Source: Gracilinanus agilis (lineage: Eukaryota). From it: a DNA stretch of 64,000 bases. Made by a program: the position numbers and the translations under genes. The DNA lies in assembly GCF_016433145.1 (NCBI RefSeq), contig NC_058133.1, positions 172,418,514 through 172,482,513 of the forward strand, read 5' to 3'. Of this stretch, positions 35,541 to 48,003 are shown in pieces; position 1 is the stretch's first letter, and the number at the start of each line of letters is the position of its first letter. A model generated the notes under the pieces. The model was not told the DNA's origin. It was given only the letters and a program-made list of their open reading frames with translations, and did not search any database.

Positions 35541-38500
35541 GTCCTCACCCCAAAATCTACTGCGTTAAATCAGCCCAAAACAAGGGGGGGAGGGGTCAGG
35601 GCGGGAGCCGCCAACCGAGGCCAGACCAGAGTAGGCGGGCAGGCGGGCGTGAGGAGAGGCCGGGCTAGGCCGCGGCGGTGGTCCTGGGGCCTGGGGAGCA
35701 GAGAAGAGGGTCTATGAGGGGCAAAGAGATGGCGAAGGTGGTGAGTAGAGAAGGGTGAGGGAAAGTGCAGGCAGGGCGGTGTGGGGGATATGGAAATTTG
35801 AACTTTGGGGATTAAGAATATATCCCTAGCTTCAGGTTCATCTTGCCTACTGTTCAGAGGAAAGGTCAGGAAAGCCCTCCACTTCTCCCTACTCGCTTAG
35901 AACCAACAGCTCGGCGAAGCCTCAGAACCATGTGTAGGATGATAGACTTAAAAGAGTTGGAAGACACCTTGGAAGTGGTCTGTTCCAACACCCTTTTCTT
36001 TTAGAAGTGGACACTGATCTCTATAAGTGAACTGACAACCCAAATGAGCACTGGGAGGGAAGTGATATCATCAGGACTAATTCTTATTTTGTCAGTGTCC
36101 CAAGATTCCCTCAAGGGAAAAATTCCACCACATTAAGCGGTAATGGTTATTATGCCAAAACCAGGTTGGGGTGGAATAACCCAGATGCTTTTTCAGAATA
36201 GGTCAGAGAAGCCTATGAGGATTAATAATAAAAAGGTAGATGGAGGGCACTGATTCACTTGGGCAAAGGGCAGAAGACCCCTCTGGCCTTTTCTCCAGTA
36301 GAGGTGCTACAATGGCTGTTTTAGTATTCTGCTTGCTGCTTTTAGCTGAAAAAAACAAAAACAAAAACAAAACAAAACACCTGACCTTAAGAATTTCTAT
36401 AAAAAGGTTTTGTGTGTTTTTAAGGGAAAATTTGAAGCCTTTCAAGGATAAACACTATTTTACTGTTTCTTATAGTAGCTAACTCTTAAAGGCAGATAGG
36501 TGAATCTGGGGAGAATAGCCTGAAGCTGTGATACTGACCTTTAAAAGCTATTTTGGTCATCACATGAAGTCTTAGAGATTCACAACAAAAAAAAAACCTA
36601 CAGTGCATCTTCAGCCATGTTGACTTATGACATTGTGTGGTCACTGTGGGGTGGGTGACATAAGCTGGAAGAAGCATTGTTCAGTCCTAAAGGTATGATT
36701 ATCCAACAGATATTTGTGCTCTTTGGTGATGTATTAGAAGGACAGCTGGGAGTGCCATGTGTTATTTTGTATGTATTTGTGTATGGATCCACCCCCACCC
36801 ACCCTCACCCCCCACCTCCCTGAGTAAGCTTCTAGAGGGTAGGAAGCCTATCACCTAACCTTTGTATCACACTTTAGCATCAAGAACAGTATGATTATTA
36901 CTCTACAAAATGACAATTTGTGGTGTGCAGGATTGGAAAATTAGGTTGAACATTTTCTTTAAAAAGCCATCTGTAAATTTAATGTTGATGTCAAGAGGTG
37001 ATCCTGTCAAATAAGAAGCTATCACTTTCTTTTAAGTTGATCTACTTATATCAGTTAAAAGTTCTTTTGGTTGGCTATCTTTGAAAAGGACAAGCTTCAG
37101 GGTAGATCCTCATTTTAGTAACATTACTGAGGTCAGCCTTGTTCCCATTTGGGGGGGGAAAACCCCCAAAACATGACTTTTTGCCCTACAGATTTAATCT
37201 AAATTAGAAAAGGCAATAAAAACTGGATTTAAAATATATCATGTGAAAACTACTAAAATTTCTTACATGTGGTATTGCTTGCTTCCTATGATTTGGATTT
37301 GTCTCTTGAACAGGAGCTCCTTACTGAGTACCTTGGACAGTATTTCATATCCTTTAGGCATTCAGTAAATATTTATTACTGAAGGACAAGAGTACTTGCT
37401 AAACTGATTACTCTCAAAGAATGAATATAGTGTTAGGAGGGAGTCATATCATTACATATTTAGCTGAAAGTATTAGAAAAAAATTGATAGATGTAGCAAC
37501 TATTTCATTGCTTGCTGTATGCCTCCTTGATTTCAAAGTTGGTTTTCTTTGTTATTGGTCTAAATGATTTTTTAAAAACCAATGTTACTTTTGCCTCTTA
37601 TCACCATTTACAACATATATTTATTGAGTGTTCACTACATACATGGCACTATACAAGTTAAAAACCAACTCTTACAGAACTTACAACTTAATTCTTTGTC
37701 AAAAAAAGTAACATCATAGCCATGTTTTTGCCAAACATCTCGGAGGGGAGGAAAAGGTGCATTCATCATACTCCCTGGTTCCCTTAGGAATTGGATCAAA
37801 AGAATTGGGTCTGCAAAGAGCAAGGTTGAGCTGCTAGGGAGGCCCTGGGTTGGAGGAAGGGAAATTAAGCAGGGAATAGAGCAGAATGCTTTACTACTAT
37901 CTAATAAAGATTGTTTTAAGTGGAGTTGTTTCTCACAGTCATTCTGAATTTATCTCCTTGGAAGATAGGACATCAACTAGACAAAATGACAAACTTTCCT
38001 CCCAACTGTTTTAAAGAAAGTTCTTTTACTATTTTAGGTCATTTTTTTTGTCTTGCATGCCTTTTACAGTATTTTTATGAATGTGGAAATTCATAGGGTC
38101 TTGGATTTATAGCTAGAAGGAAAACTGAGGCCCAGAGAGCTTTTTCCAAATTCAAAATGGCATTAAAAGAAGAGATGGGATCCAAATTCTGATCCTTGGT
38201 CCTCTAACTTAAAACAAGTGCTACCCCTACTGCACCTCTGCTGTTGAGTATGTATAATAAAAATACCACAGTGAAGTGCTTTGACAAATCTTGAGATCAT
38301 ATACCTCTTAATCCTCTTTATACACTCCACCTTCATGACTATTGAACTTTATACACCTTACACACACATACACATCCCTAGTTTAGTGGTAAAATCCCTC
38401 CTATAATCTGGTTTAGTTATAAACCAGGGATATCTTATACAAATACAAAGTCATGTAAGTGAATCATTTTGTGAAGATCATAGCTAGGGTGAAATCCCAT

Positions 38501-41500
38501 TTGAGACCACATTCCTTCCTAAAAAAATTCCTGCTCATTTTTTTCCCTATTCTAATGTTCTTTTCTCCCTCCTTACAAATTATGCTTTTTATTTGTAATA
38601 TTAGCGGTTAAAATAATTTTTTTGTTTTTCATGGTAGTAAAATCTAACAGCAGAATGTGATATTAATTACCTCAGTTGTCCAAATGTGTAGAATCTGTGA
38701 AATTGAGCTTTCTTTTTCATGAGCTGACAGTGGGAGGTTCTGTTGTATCTGTCAAAAATACATACACATTTCCCCCACTTAGATCTTAAGGAGAAAGGTA
38801 ACTCCTATAAGCTACCTGTCTCCCTATAAACCAGAATCACCAAGTGAGAGGTCTTATCTGTGTTCTATGCCTTCTGTTTGTTATGTAAGCTATTCATCAA
38901 GTTTTACTTACACGATTTTCTAAGTGAGAAGAAAAAAAAACACAATCCACTTTGATCTTTTCAAATTATGATTTCTTTCCATAACTGTTTGGACTTCAAA
39001 CTCTTCTGAGATATTTACTTTATTAGGTACCCTCCCCCAGCCATAGGAGAGTGAAAGAGTGACTACTGACAATAAAAAATACACTATTCAGCCAACATAC
39101 TCATTAAGTCATTGGATAACTTACTTTAAATTACTTTTTAAAATGAGAGACCAACACGATTAATGCCCCTCTGCCCTCCTCTGCTTCGATATGAAGAGAC
39201 CAGTTGTGAGTGCTGGGACTGTGACATAGACAGCAAGTGAACCAATCACCTTTCCCTGTCATGCTTAATTTGCATATTGCAATTTTATTGGCTAAATGCC
39301 TAAATTCTTAATTGAAAATAGAAAATAAACTTGATATAATTTTTATTTTTGTGGCTACAAGAATTGTTCATTGAATGGATCTCTTCAGAAGAAAAAAATA
39401 AATTACTCCCAATAATAGAATGATTCAATTATATAACATATTCTACAAACCTAAAACAAATTCTTAACTGGTCAACATCTATAGAAAATAAAATGATCAT
39501 TATAAAGCTAGAATTTATTTGGTAATTTTAGGTTTGCAAAACACTTTGCATATTCATTTGATCCTTAAAAAAATCTTTACCTTTAGCATTATGCTATTAT
39601 CTTCATTTTATAGATAGGCAAACTAAAGCGCAGAATGGTTATTTGCCTAAGGTCACAGAGGTTGTCACAAGGACAGGATTTGAACTCTGAAGTCCATTGC
39701 TCTTTCTACCATAACATACTAAATAGCTTTTCAGATTAGGTATTAGAATAGGCCCAAAAATAAATGAGAGAAAAAAAATTAGTTGCAGTTACAATTCAAT
39801 ATCAGCATAATCCAGATTTCCTAGCTAAATACAAATGTATTTATAATCTGATTCAAATAGATTTTTATTCAGGAATACAGAATACATGACCAACATGAGA
39901 TTATGATCTTTTGCTATCAAGATTTTGCACAAGCCTATAAATGTTTTCAAAGGAAAACAGCTCTTATATGTAGGGTAGGGAGATATTGATGTTAAATCAT
40001 TAAGAATATGTGTGAAGACAAAGTTAAATTTCATTAAACCAGACTGCATTCTAGCTATGGTTAGATTTAAAATAACTTCCAAATTCTTATTTTCTATAAA
40101 GCTTATTAATAATCACTTGAAAAAGAAAGGACAGATAAGCATATATTTAAAGTCTCTTACTCTAATTCTGACCACATGTCATCCTGAAGGATCCTCCATC
40201 TGTCCCCTGCCTGCTCTGGGAAGTGGTGTGAGCAAAAAGGCCCAGGTGGGCTCCACTCACACCCTTTTATCTATGTTCATGGACACAACCCTGGCATGTA
40301 AAAAATGGGATGAACCAGGTTGGCAATCTAGGAAGGGGGGAGGGGATGAAATTCCCTCTTCATAATCCCCCCAGTGAACCTTTTGGAGACTCTTCTCCCC
40401 AATGTATCATTTAAACATAACTATCTTATACCTCTAAAGATGTTCTATCTAAAATTACATACAATATTGCACTCTAAGAGGAATCTACAATAGTTAGAGA
40501 TAAGAGGGAAATTAAAAGAGAGAAAACAAAAAATGATTGATAGACGCATTGACAAAATGCCAATTGGGGGCAGCCCCTTCGGTATAAGAGTTTACATTCA
40601 GAATAAGTATGTTCAACCCCCTTCAGTTCAGTTCATTATATCCCAAAGTTCATTCTGGATCTTTTGATGGTAGTGTGTGGCTTCTGCAGGAATCTTTACA
40701 ACCCCTTCTCCAAAAAGATCTGCTTTCTTGATTCGAGGTGTTGGTGAGTTTCTTTTCTTGAAATTTCTCCAAAAGATTTTAAACCTTGGATTTTAGGATA
40801 GTTACATAATTCCCCCTGAGGAGGATGCTGACCAACATCAAAATCACTCCAGGATATATGGCTGAGTTATGAGGTATATGAAGCAATTTTTCAAAAGAAA
40901 ACCAATAACCCCCCCCCCAAAAAATCCCAAATAAAAGAGCAAAAATCAAATTCTAGATAAAAATAATAAAAAAAAATCTAATGTGTATAAAATTCTGAGA
41001 AAAAAGAATAAACCTGTAACAGGTCCTTGAATCACTAGCAAGGCCTAATTAAAGAGATTTACATCCCATTAATCTGTAGGACAATTGCAGCAACATAGCA
41101 CTTTACCCATCAGCAGGCAGGACTACAGAAAATTTCCAAACTATAAGAGAGAATGGACTAGGTTTCAGTAGCAAATGGGAAAAAATCATTCCCTGGTCTG
41201 ATTTTACCTTCACTGTCAGGGATAGGGGAGCCAGAATAGCAGCTAAAGTGGGATGCTTGGTAGAAGTGTGGCATAAGGAAGACTTGTGTCTGATGTATGT
41301 CAAACATCTGCAATTTTGAACCCCAAACAAGTTCAAGTCTTCTGTCTTGGTGCAGAATCTCATCAATCTCACCCGGATTGATTAGTCTTCTTGACCTTTG
41401 TGCTCCTTGGCACTGTGCAGGTTAACTTTGTGCAGTGGCTCTTTTTTGTTCCCTTCTCCTGGAATCAGACACAGTAATTAAGCAAAGTCCCATAACATTT

Positions 41501-41873
41501 ATCAATTCATGGCAGATGTCTATAGTTTAAAGCTTTGGGGTATGCATAGTTATTAGAGCTAATAGATACTGTAAACTTATCTTTCAAGATCAAAAACATT
41601 ATTACTGAATCCATGTACTTCAAGTACTTTGTACTTCAAAGGATAGGAAAAAAGAAAAAAAAATCAATATCCTATTGCAAATATAAAGAAAATAATAAAT
41701 CATAACTTCATAGTTCACATTCCATGTGACAATGTGTTAGCTAAGCAGAGGCACATCACAAAGGTTTCTCAATCAAAAATGAGGTCTTTTTCTCTTTTAA
41801 CTTGGCCATGATCCACAGTGTGAGTGTACATGATTTTTTCACCAGGTAAAAGCCTTTTAAAAACAGTAGTACA

Positions 41874-42060
41874 GGGGGCAGCTGGGTAGCTCAGTGGATT
41901 GAGAGCCAGGCCTAGAGACGGGAGGTCCTAGGTTCAAATCCGGCCTCAGACACTTCCCAGCTGTGTGACCCTGGGCAAGTCACTTGACCCCCATTGCCTA
42001 CCCTTACCACTCTTCCACCTATAAGTCAATACACAGAAGTTAAGGGTTAAAAAAAAACAA
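41874..42060 (+). mobile_element. Young SINE1_Mdo-like SINE inserted in the provirus
   Basis: Full length; exact 15-bp TSD AAAAACAGTAGTACA (41859-41873 and 42061-42075). Confidence 0.93.
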
Positions 42061-42332
42061 AAAAACAGTAGTACAACAACTAATGCAGATTCTAAGAAGT
42101 ACCCAAATCCCCAAAATTATAAGAGCCCATTTTAGGACAATTGCAAACAAACCCGTTTCTTGCAGCCATGAGAGGTTCTACCAGCTATTATTAGGATTCA
42201 CATGAGTCTCTTTAGCTACTTGCTGTGTGTCTTTTAAAAAACCTATGAACTTATGGATACTTGTCAGAAGTTCTACAAATCTAGCCAATCTTTCTACCTT
42301 GGCTGAGATATTTTTAACAAAGTCTTATTATT

Positions 42333-42530
42333 GGGGGCAGCTGGGTGGCTCAGTGGATTGAGAGCCAGACCTAGAGATGGGAGAATCTAGGTTCAAATCT
42401 GGCCTCAGACACTTCCTAGTTGTGTGACCCTGAGTAAGTCACTTAACCCCCATTGCCTAGCCCTTACCACTCTTCTGCCTTGGAGCCAATACACAGTATT
42501 GATTCTAAGATGGAAGGTAAGGGTTTAAAA
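42333..42530 (+). mobile_element. SINE1_Mdo-like SINE (older subfamily) inserted in the provirus
   Basis: GGGGGCAGCTGGGTGGCTCAGTGG head, CORE domain, tail GATGGAAGGTAAGGGTTTAAAA. Confidence 0.85.
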
Positions 42531-43744
42531 CAAATGAGACCCACAACCATTAAAAAAAAAAGTCTATTACTGCCATCATTCCCAAATATGGTAGGAGAGC
42601 CTAGAAAAACAAAAACATAAACCTCTGTACTACTGATGAAAACCTTTTGGGTCTAAAATGTCACTAAGTATCTAGATTATTCTGGTGGAAGGGTAACCCA
42701 TTTTGAAGCTACTAGGCTTCACAGGAAAAATCATTTCCACCTCCTGGATGAAATTGTAACCCATTTCAAGGTAACTAAGCCTCTTGGGAAACCTCCCTCC
42801 CTCTGGAATGAGACTATAACAGCATAAAAGGACTGTCTCCAATATGTCCCATCCATTTCAATGTGGAGCTGAGAAGAAAAACAGTGAAAATCACTTCAGA
42901 TGTGTCATCCATTACATTTTCAATAAATGCGGAGATGGGAAAATACAACAGTGCCATTGCACTCTACTTCCACCACAAATGAACCCTTTCCTCTTGTTAC
43001 AAACAACTCAAAGGCAGGCAAATGATCAGAGGCAGTGTTGCTACTAGATATCTAAAAATCATGTCTGAAGACCCCTTAAAATCAATTTAAATTATTAGGT
43101 CATTAAATTTTCCAAAACTTGTATTGAAACCAGTTTGATGGAGTCCATTCCATAATCTATGTGACAATTAACAAATGCAAAAAAAGAACAAAAGGCTGTA
43201 TAGGCAACATGTGACCTCAGTGGATCTGGTGACAAACTCAGCATCCCTAAGGGCCTATGGTTTTTCCACGAAAAGGGTTTGTCCAACTTGTTTATGGACT
43301 TTTAGAATGGTGTTATCACCAGTCCAGTCATGGGGGAAGAGTACAAATAAAGACAATGTAACAGAATATATAGCTAATAGCCAAAACACAGTAACTGAAA
43401 GTGACATATATTATGGAATGATAGATTAGATTAATATGTAAACTTAAAAACACAAAATGAAATCTTAAAATAAGCAGCAAATACAATATATGTGACAGTA
43501 TCATTAGAAAGTACCTATTTTACATGGGAGCAATGAATCCAAAAGTTCTTTCCTCCATTTTCAATAGCTTATGGAGTGGTTAACAGTAATTACATCTTGT
43601 ATTTAGAATTTCATTACAGAGACTTCTTCATTATGGGGAGGGGAACAAACAGTTAACATCAATAAGGCAATGGGGTCTGAAAAGGATTAAAATTCACCTC
43701 CAGACTCTTTGAGGTCCCTTCCCTTCCCAAGTACCATCATTCAT

Positions 43745-45846
43745 TTAGATTCCTTTGTTCACACCTCTGGGGTTCCCCATACTGAGGGGTTTCCCACACT
43801 GAGTACAGATGTTTGAGAGTGAGTTTTGATTTTCGTCATTTGAATTACTAGTCCTCCTATTATTATCATTATTCCTGAAGCTTCTATTTCTATTTTCCTG
43901 CTTTCTCTTTTTATAATTCATAATTACATGACTTACCTTTCCACAAAAATAACATGTTATTAGTAGTTGTTTTGTGGATTCTTGTAAGGGAGCTATGACC
44001 TCTCCCTGCTTTACCTTTCCAACTGTTTCGGTTAATTCTTTTATTTCCTTCCTTAATGTTTCCACTAAATTAGTGTTCTCTTTATCCTCTTTTCCCTGTT
44101 TAGCAGTTAATTCTTTTATTTCCTTAACATCTCCATTAAATCAGTGTTCTCTTTTCTCCTTTTCCTTATGTCCCTCAAAAGCACAAACTTCCACTCTTTA
44201 ATTCTTCGAGGTCCACATTAGGCCAGTTTGAACAGTTAGTCATAAAATAGTTCTTAACTAACTTGTAACTGTTTTTCACAAATTGATTCATGATTTGTCC
44301 AATATCTCTTTCCCTAGAAAAATCTAGGTCTATATATCTGCCTCCCAGCTCAGTAAGCCTGTCCTTAAACTGAGAGGGGTTTTCATTATCTTCCTGTTGT
44401 AGATGTTCGAATTTAGTCCACGTGCCAGGCTTATCAGAACAAGCTCTCATTGCTTTTAGTAATGCATTTCTAGCCTGGAATAGTTGTAAGTAATCTTGCT
44501 CTGAATTTGTGTCCCATTTGGGATCTTCAGTTGGTCAACGAGTTGTTCCCTCTTCCTGGATCTGATTAACAAGAGAAAGAATCTTATTTCTTTCCCTTTC
44601 AGTTAGCAAGGCCTGGAGCAAATCTTCCACATCAATCCAAGTGTGATTATATGTGCAGAAAATGCTTTCAACCTTATGACTACAATGGGATCATTTTCAA
44701 AAGGAGTTTTTTCTCTGAATCTCTCAATATCTTATGGAGAGAAAGGTGTATGATGTCTATTATAAGTAGCAACATTTCTGAGAGGGAATAGGCCTTTATT
44801 CAAATCATCTGTGATTACTGCAGCTTGACTTGTGTGGGTGCTTGGGTTGTATTGAGCCTGGTAGGGGAAAGGGGAGGAGTGGGTGTGCAGAGGAGGGGTT
44901 GGTCAGGGTGTGGAGAGGCAGAGCAAAAGGATGGGGGTTGGGGGGGGTGAAGAGGAGGGGATGGGACTGGGGGCAAGGTGGAAGAGAGGAGATGGAGGCT
45001 AGGGATTGGGAGGAGAGAAGGAATGAGGAAGAAGGACTGAGCAGGGGTGGGGTCAGGGAAGAGAAGGAGAGGAGTGAGGATAGACTAAAGGGGGGCAGGG
45101 TCGGGGAAGGAGAAGAGGAGATATAGTAGGATGGGTGGAGACAAGAGGAGGAGTCATAGTAAGATGGATGGAGTCTGTCAGGGGAAGGAGGGTAGGGAAA
45201 AGGCCAGTCAAAAGAATAAGGATAGGGATGGTTTGGGTAGGGATAGGGGAAGATAGATGGGTAGCAAGGAGGAGGAAACTCTCCAGAGTAAGGGTAGTGG
45301 GATTGAAAGTCATCTGGCAAGAGGTAGAGTGGGAGGAAAGGAGATGAGAGGAGTGGGGGATGAGCAAGGTCTATCGGGGGAGGGGCCGAAGGGTTCAAGT
45401 CCTGGTTTGGGTCAGTAAGAAGAGAAACTTTTTCACAGTCCAGGTGGGATGATAGGGTATGTTTCTTGCTAGATCTAATCAAGGGTTCAGGAGGAGGAAC
45501 TGAAGAAGTTAAGCCAGAATGGTCTGCTTCCAAAGAAAGAATGGTTTCCTCACTGGGAGGGCATGGTTAATTTATCAATATGAGATAGTGTTTATAATCT
45601 GTGGAGTCTTTATAATTTTTATAGTCTTTGGAATCTTTGTTTTTAATGGCTAACTTTAAAGGAACCATACTTTAGCCAGGTATAGGACTCATCCATCCAG
45701 GTTTTGCAAAGTTTTTTAGCTTCCTTTTTTGTCATCCAGTCCTCCTTAGGAAGATTAGGACCATCCCAAGAATTTAAAAGTTAATGCAGGGGTGAGTCTG
45801 GAGGAATTTTTCCTGATTTCCCTTGATTTGTTGCAGTATTTCCCAT
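43745..45846 (-). pseudogene. gag: Decayed retroviral gag (matrix, Pro-rich region, capsid MHR, zinc knuckle)
   Basis: MGNTATNQGKSGKIPPDSPLH*LLNSW (matrix); Pro-rich ORF 44805-45533; QQEDNENPSQFKDRLTELGGRYIDLD (major homology region); CYFCGKVSHVIMNY (degenerate CCHC). Confidence 0.82.
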
Positions 45847-48003
45847 AGTGTCTAGTCTGTCTGTCTAAGCTAGTCTGAGTATCGCTGAATAGTCAATTTA
45901 CACAATGAAAGGTTCCTCAAGCATAAAAAATGGAGACACAAATTTCTTCAATGTTACTGTGGAAGACAACAAGAGTGGGGCTAAATAAGAAGCTAATGTA
46001 AGGCACTAATTGTTGCATGGCAATAGTACAAATAATAAATATATTTATTATGATTATTGTTGCTATTAATAAGTCAACAATCATAAACAAGTATTAATTA
46101 ATCACTAATAAGTTATTAGTAACTAATGTTATTAATAATTATTATTGGTAGTAATATTATTAATTCTATTGAGTTCCAAAATTATTATGTGTAATATTGC
46201 ATTGAATTAATTTGGTTTAATTTTGGTTTGTTTAATTTTATAAATTTGGTTTGAATTTAATTCAGTATTATTAATATAATAAAGATTAGGGAGAGAGAGA
46301 GAAAGGGTTGGGTTTCCTAAAGATTAGGGAGAAAGAGAAAGAGAAGGGGAAAAAATGGTGTGGTTGTAGATTAGCCCTGGAGGGGCACGGTCAGTCCTTA
46401 AGGAATGTTTGGGGGAGGAAAACTTCCTGGTAAAAGTTTCGTCCTTTCCCCTCTCCCAGAGGCCCTTGGTAGGGAGCTCTTAAATGTCTGTGGCTTGTCC
46501 AACCAGGGTCTGAGGCCAGATTTTGAACCCAGGACCTCCTGTCTCTAGGTCTGGCTCTCCATTCATCGAGCTACCCTTATGTGGGATCAGGGTTCAGGGG
46601 AGTCCCTCATGGGAGCCAACACCTCAGTTTCCCCTCTCGTCCCTGCACAGCCAGGAACTAACCCACTGGGTTAGTTCACTGTCCGAAAGGACAAGCTGCT
46701 TCCTGCGCTGTGCTGTGCAGAGCCCAGTGGGAGCCAAGAGCCTGCTTCTGCTTCCCTGGGATTTGGCGCTGGGGGAGGTTCGGGGAGCCATGGGGCTGGG
46801 AAGAATTAGGAGTTCCTGCTGGGTCCCAGGGCAGCCTGGGATTCACGTGGATTTTTGGTGCCCGTCTGTGCCAACCTCAAGGCTTGGACTCCTTTCTCCC
46901 AACACTCCACCCTTATCTAAGCTAAAAAATGGGGGGGGGGGGGTAGAACCACGTGGGGGAAGAGTTCTTACGGATCCCAGTGGCTAGGGAAAAAATGGAG
47001 GCAGCAGCTTATCTGTCTCAGCAAGGGTGTGTCAGGCACATGAAAGGCGATGGAGCCAGCCCATGCTTCGGTGAAAGCAAGAAGGAGCAGCAGTTCGAGA
47101 GAAACGTGGTTTTTGCAAAAGTCACCTACTCCCTATTCTATACTTTCTTTCTCAGAAGAAAATTAAGAATTCTTTTTTCTGGTAGTGGTTGCTATTCTGT
47201 TAGATTTAAAATTAATATCTTCCAAGTTCTTATTTTCTAAAGTTGATTAATAATCACTTGAAATAGAAAGCATAGATAAGCATAGATTTAAAGTCTCTTT
47301 CTTACTCTAATTTTGACCACGTGTAGCTCACCCAGCAGAATCCTCCATCTGTCCCCTGCCTGCCCTAGGAAGTAGGGTGAGCAAAATGCCCCAGGTGGGC
47401 TCGACCCACACCCTTTTATCTAAGGTCAGACCGTGCTGCCAAGTAAAAAATGGGATGAACGGGGTTGGCAATCCAGGAGGTGGAGGGGATGAAATTCCTT
47501 CTTCATACTATCTAAAGACATTTCTTTTTTAGTAGGTACTTGTGTCCAAAAGGAAAACAGCATCTAAAGCCTCATAATTACTTGGTATGTAAACACACCA
47601 TATTTTTAGAGAACTTAGTTTACTTATATCCTTGTGCTGTATGTTATGTTGATTGAATGTCACTCATACTATGCACTTTAGAATACCAGTACAGGTTTTG
47701 AATGACTGTTTTTAATTTAGGCTAAAAGTTTGTTTTATAAGATTTTTTTTAAAAATTGAACTGTAATTAAGAATCCATATCTTGACTAGAATACCATCAT
47801 TTACTAAATAATGGAGAATTTCAGAGTCACTGCTTCTAGTTTGCCTCTAGTACTGTATGTAATGTTATGGTATAGTAAATTAATAGGAATCAATACATGA
47901 TGTGTTATATATTTGTGACAGTTTGTAATTTTGAGGTGAAATAAACTAATTATTAGGTTACAAAATGATCCATATTTAACATTTAATATATTTTCACTAA
48001 TAA

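Larger units (their letters stand above)
33950..35750. promoter_or_regulatory. CpG island / GGNBP2 promoter region
   Basis: High CpG density; CCAAT at 34594-34598; GC boxes; perfect TCTCGCGAGA palindrome (BANP/ZBTB33-associated promoter motif) at 35403-35412. Confidence 0.85.
40059..47507 (-). mobile_element. Class I (ERV1-like) provirus: two LTRs, gag remnant, no recognisable pol or env
   Basis: LTRs at 47198-47507 and 40059-40364, same orientation, roughly 80-85% identical by eye. 4-bp TSD CTAT (40055-40058 and 47508-47511). Polypurine tract-like GGGGGGA before the 3' LTR. Degenerate PBS (TAGCAACCAC) after the 5' LTR. Confidence 0.8.

Noticed and set aside
44805-45533. 242-aa proline-rich ORF as a host gene
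   Set aside because: It lies between gag matrix and capsid remnants inside the provirus.
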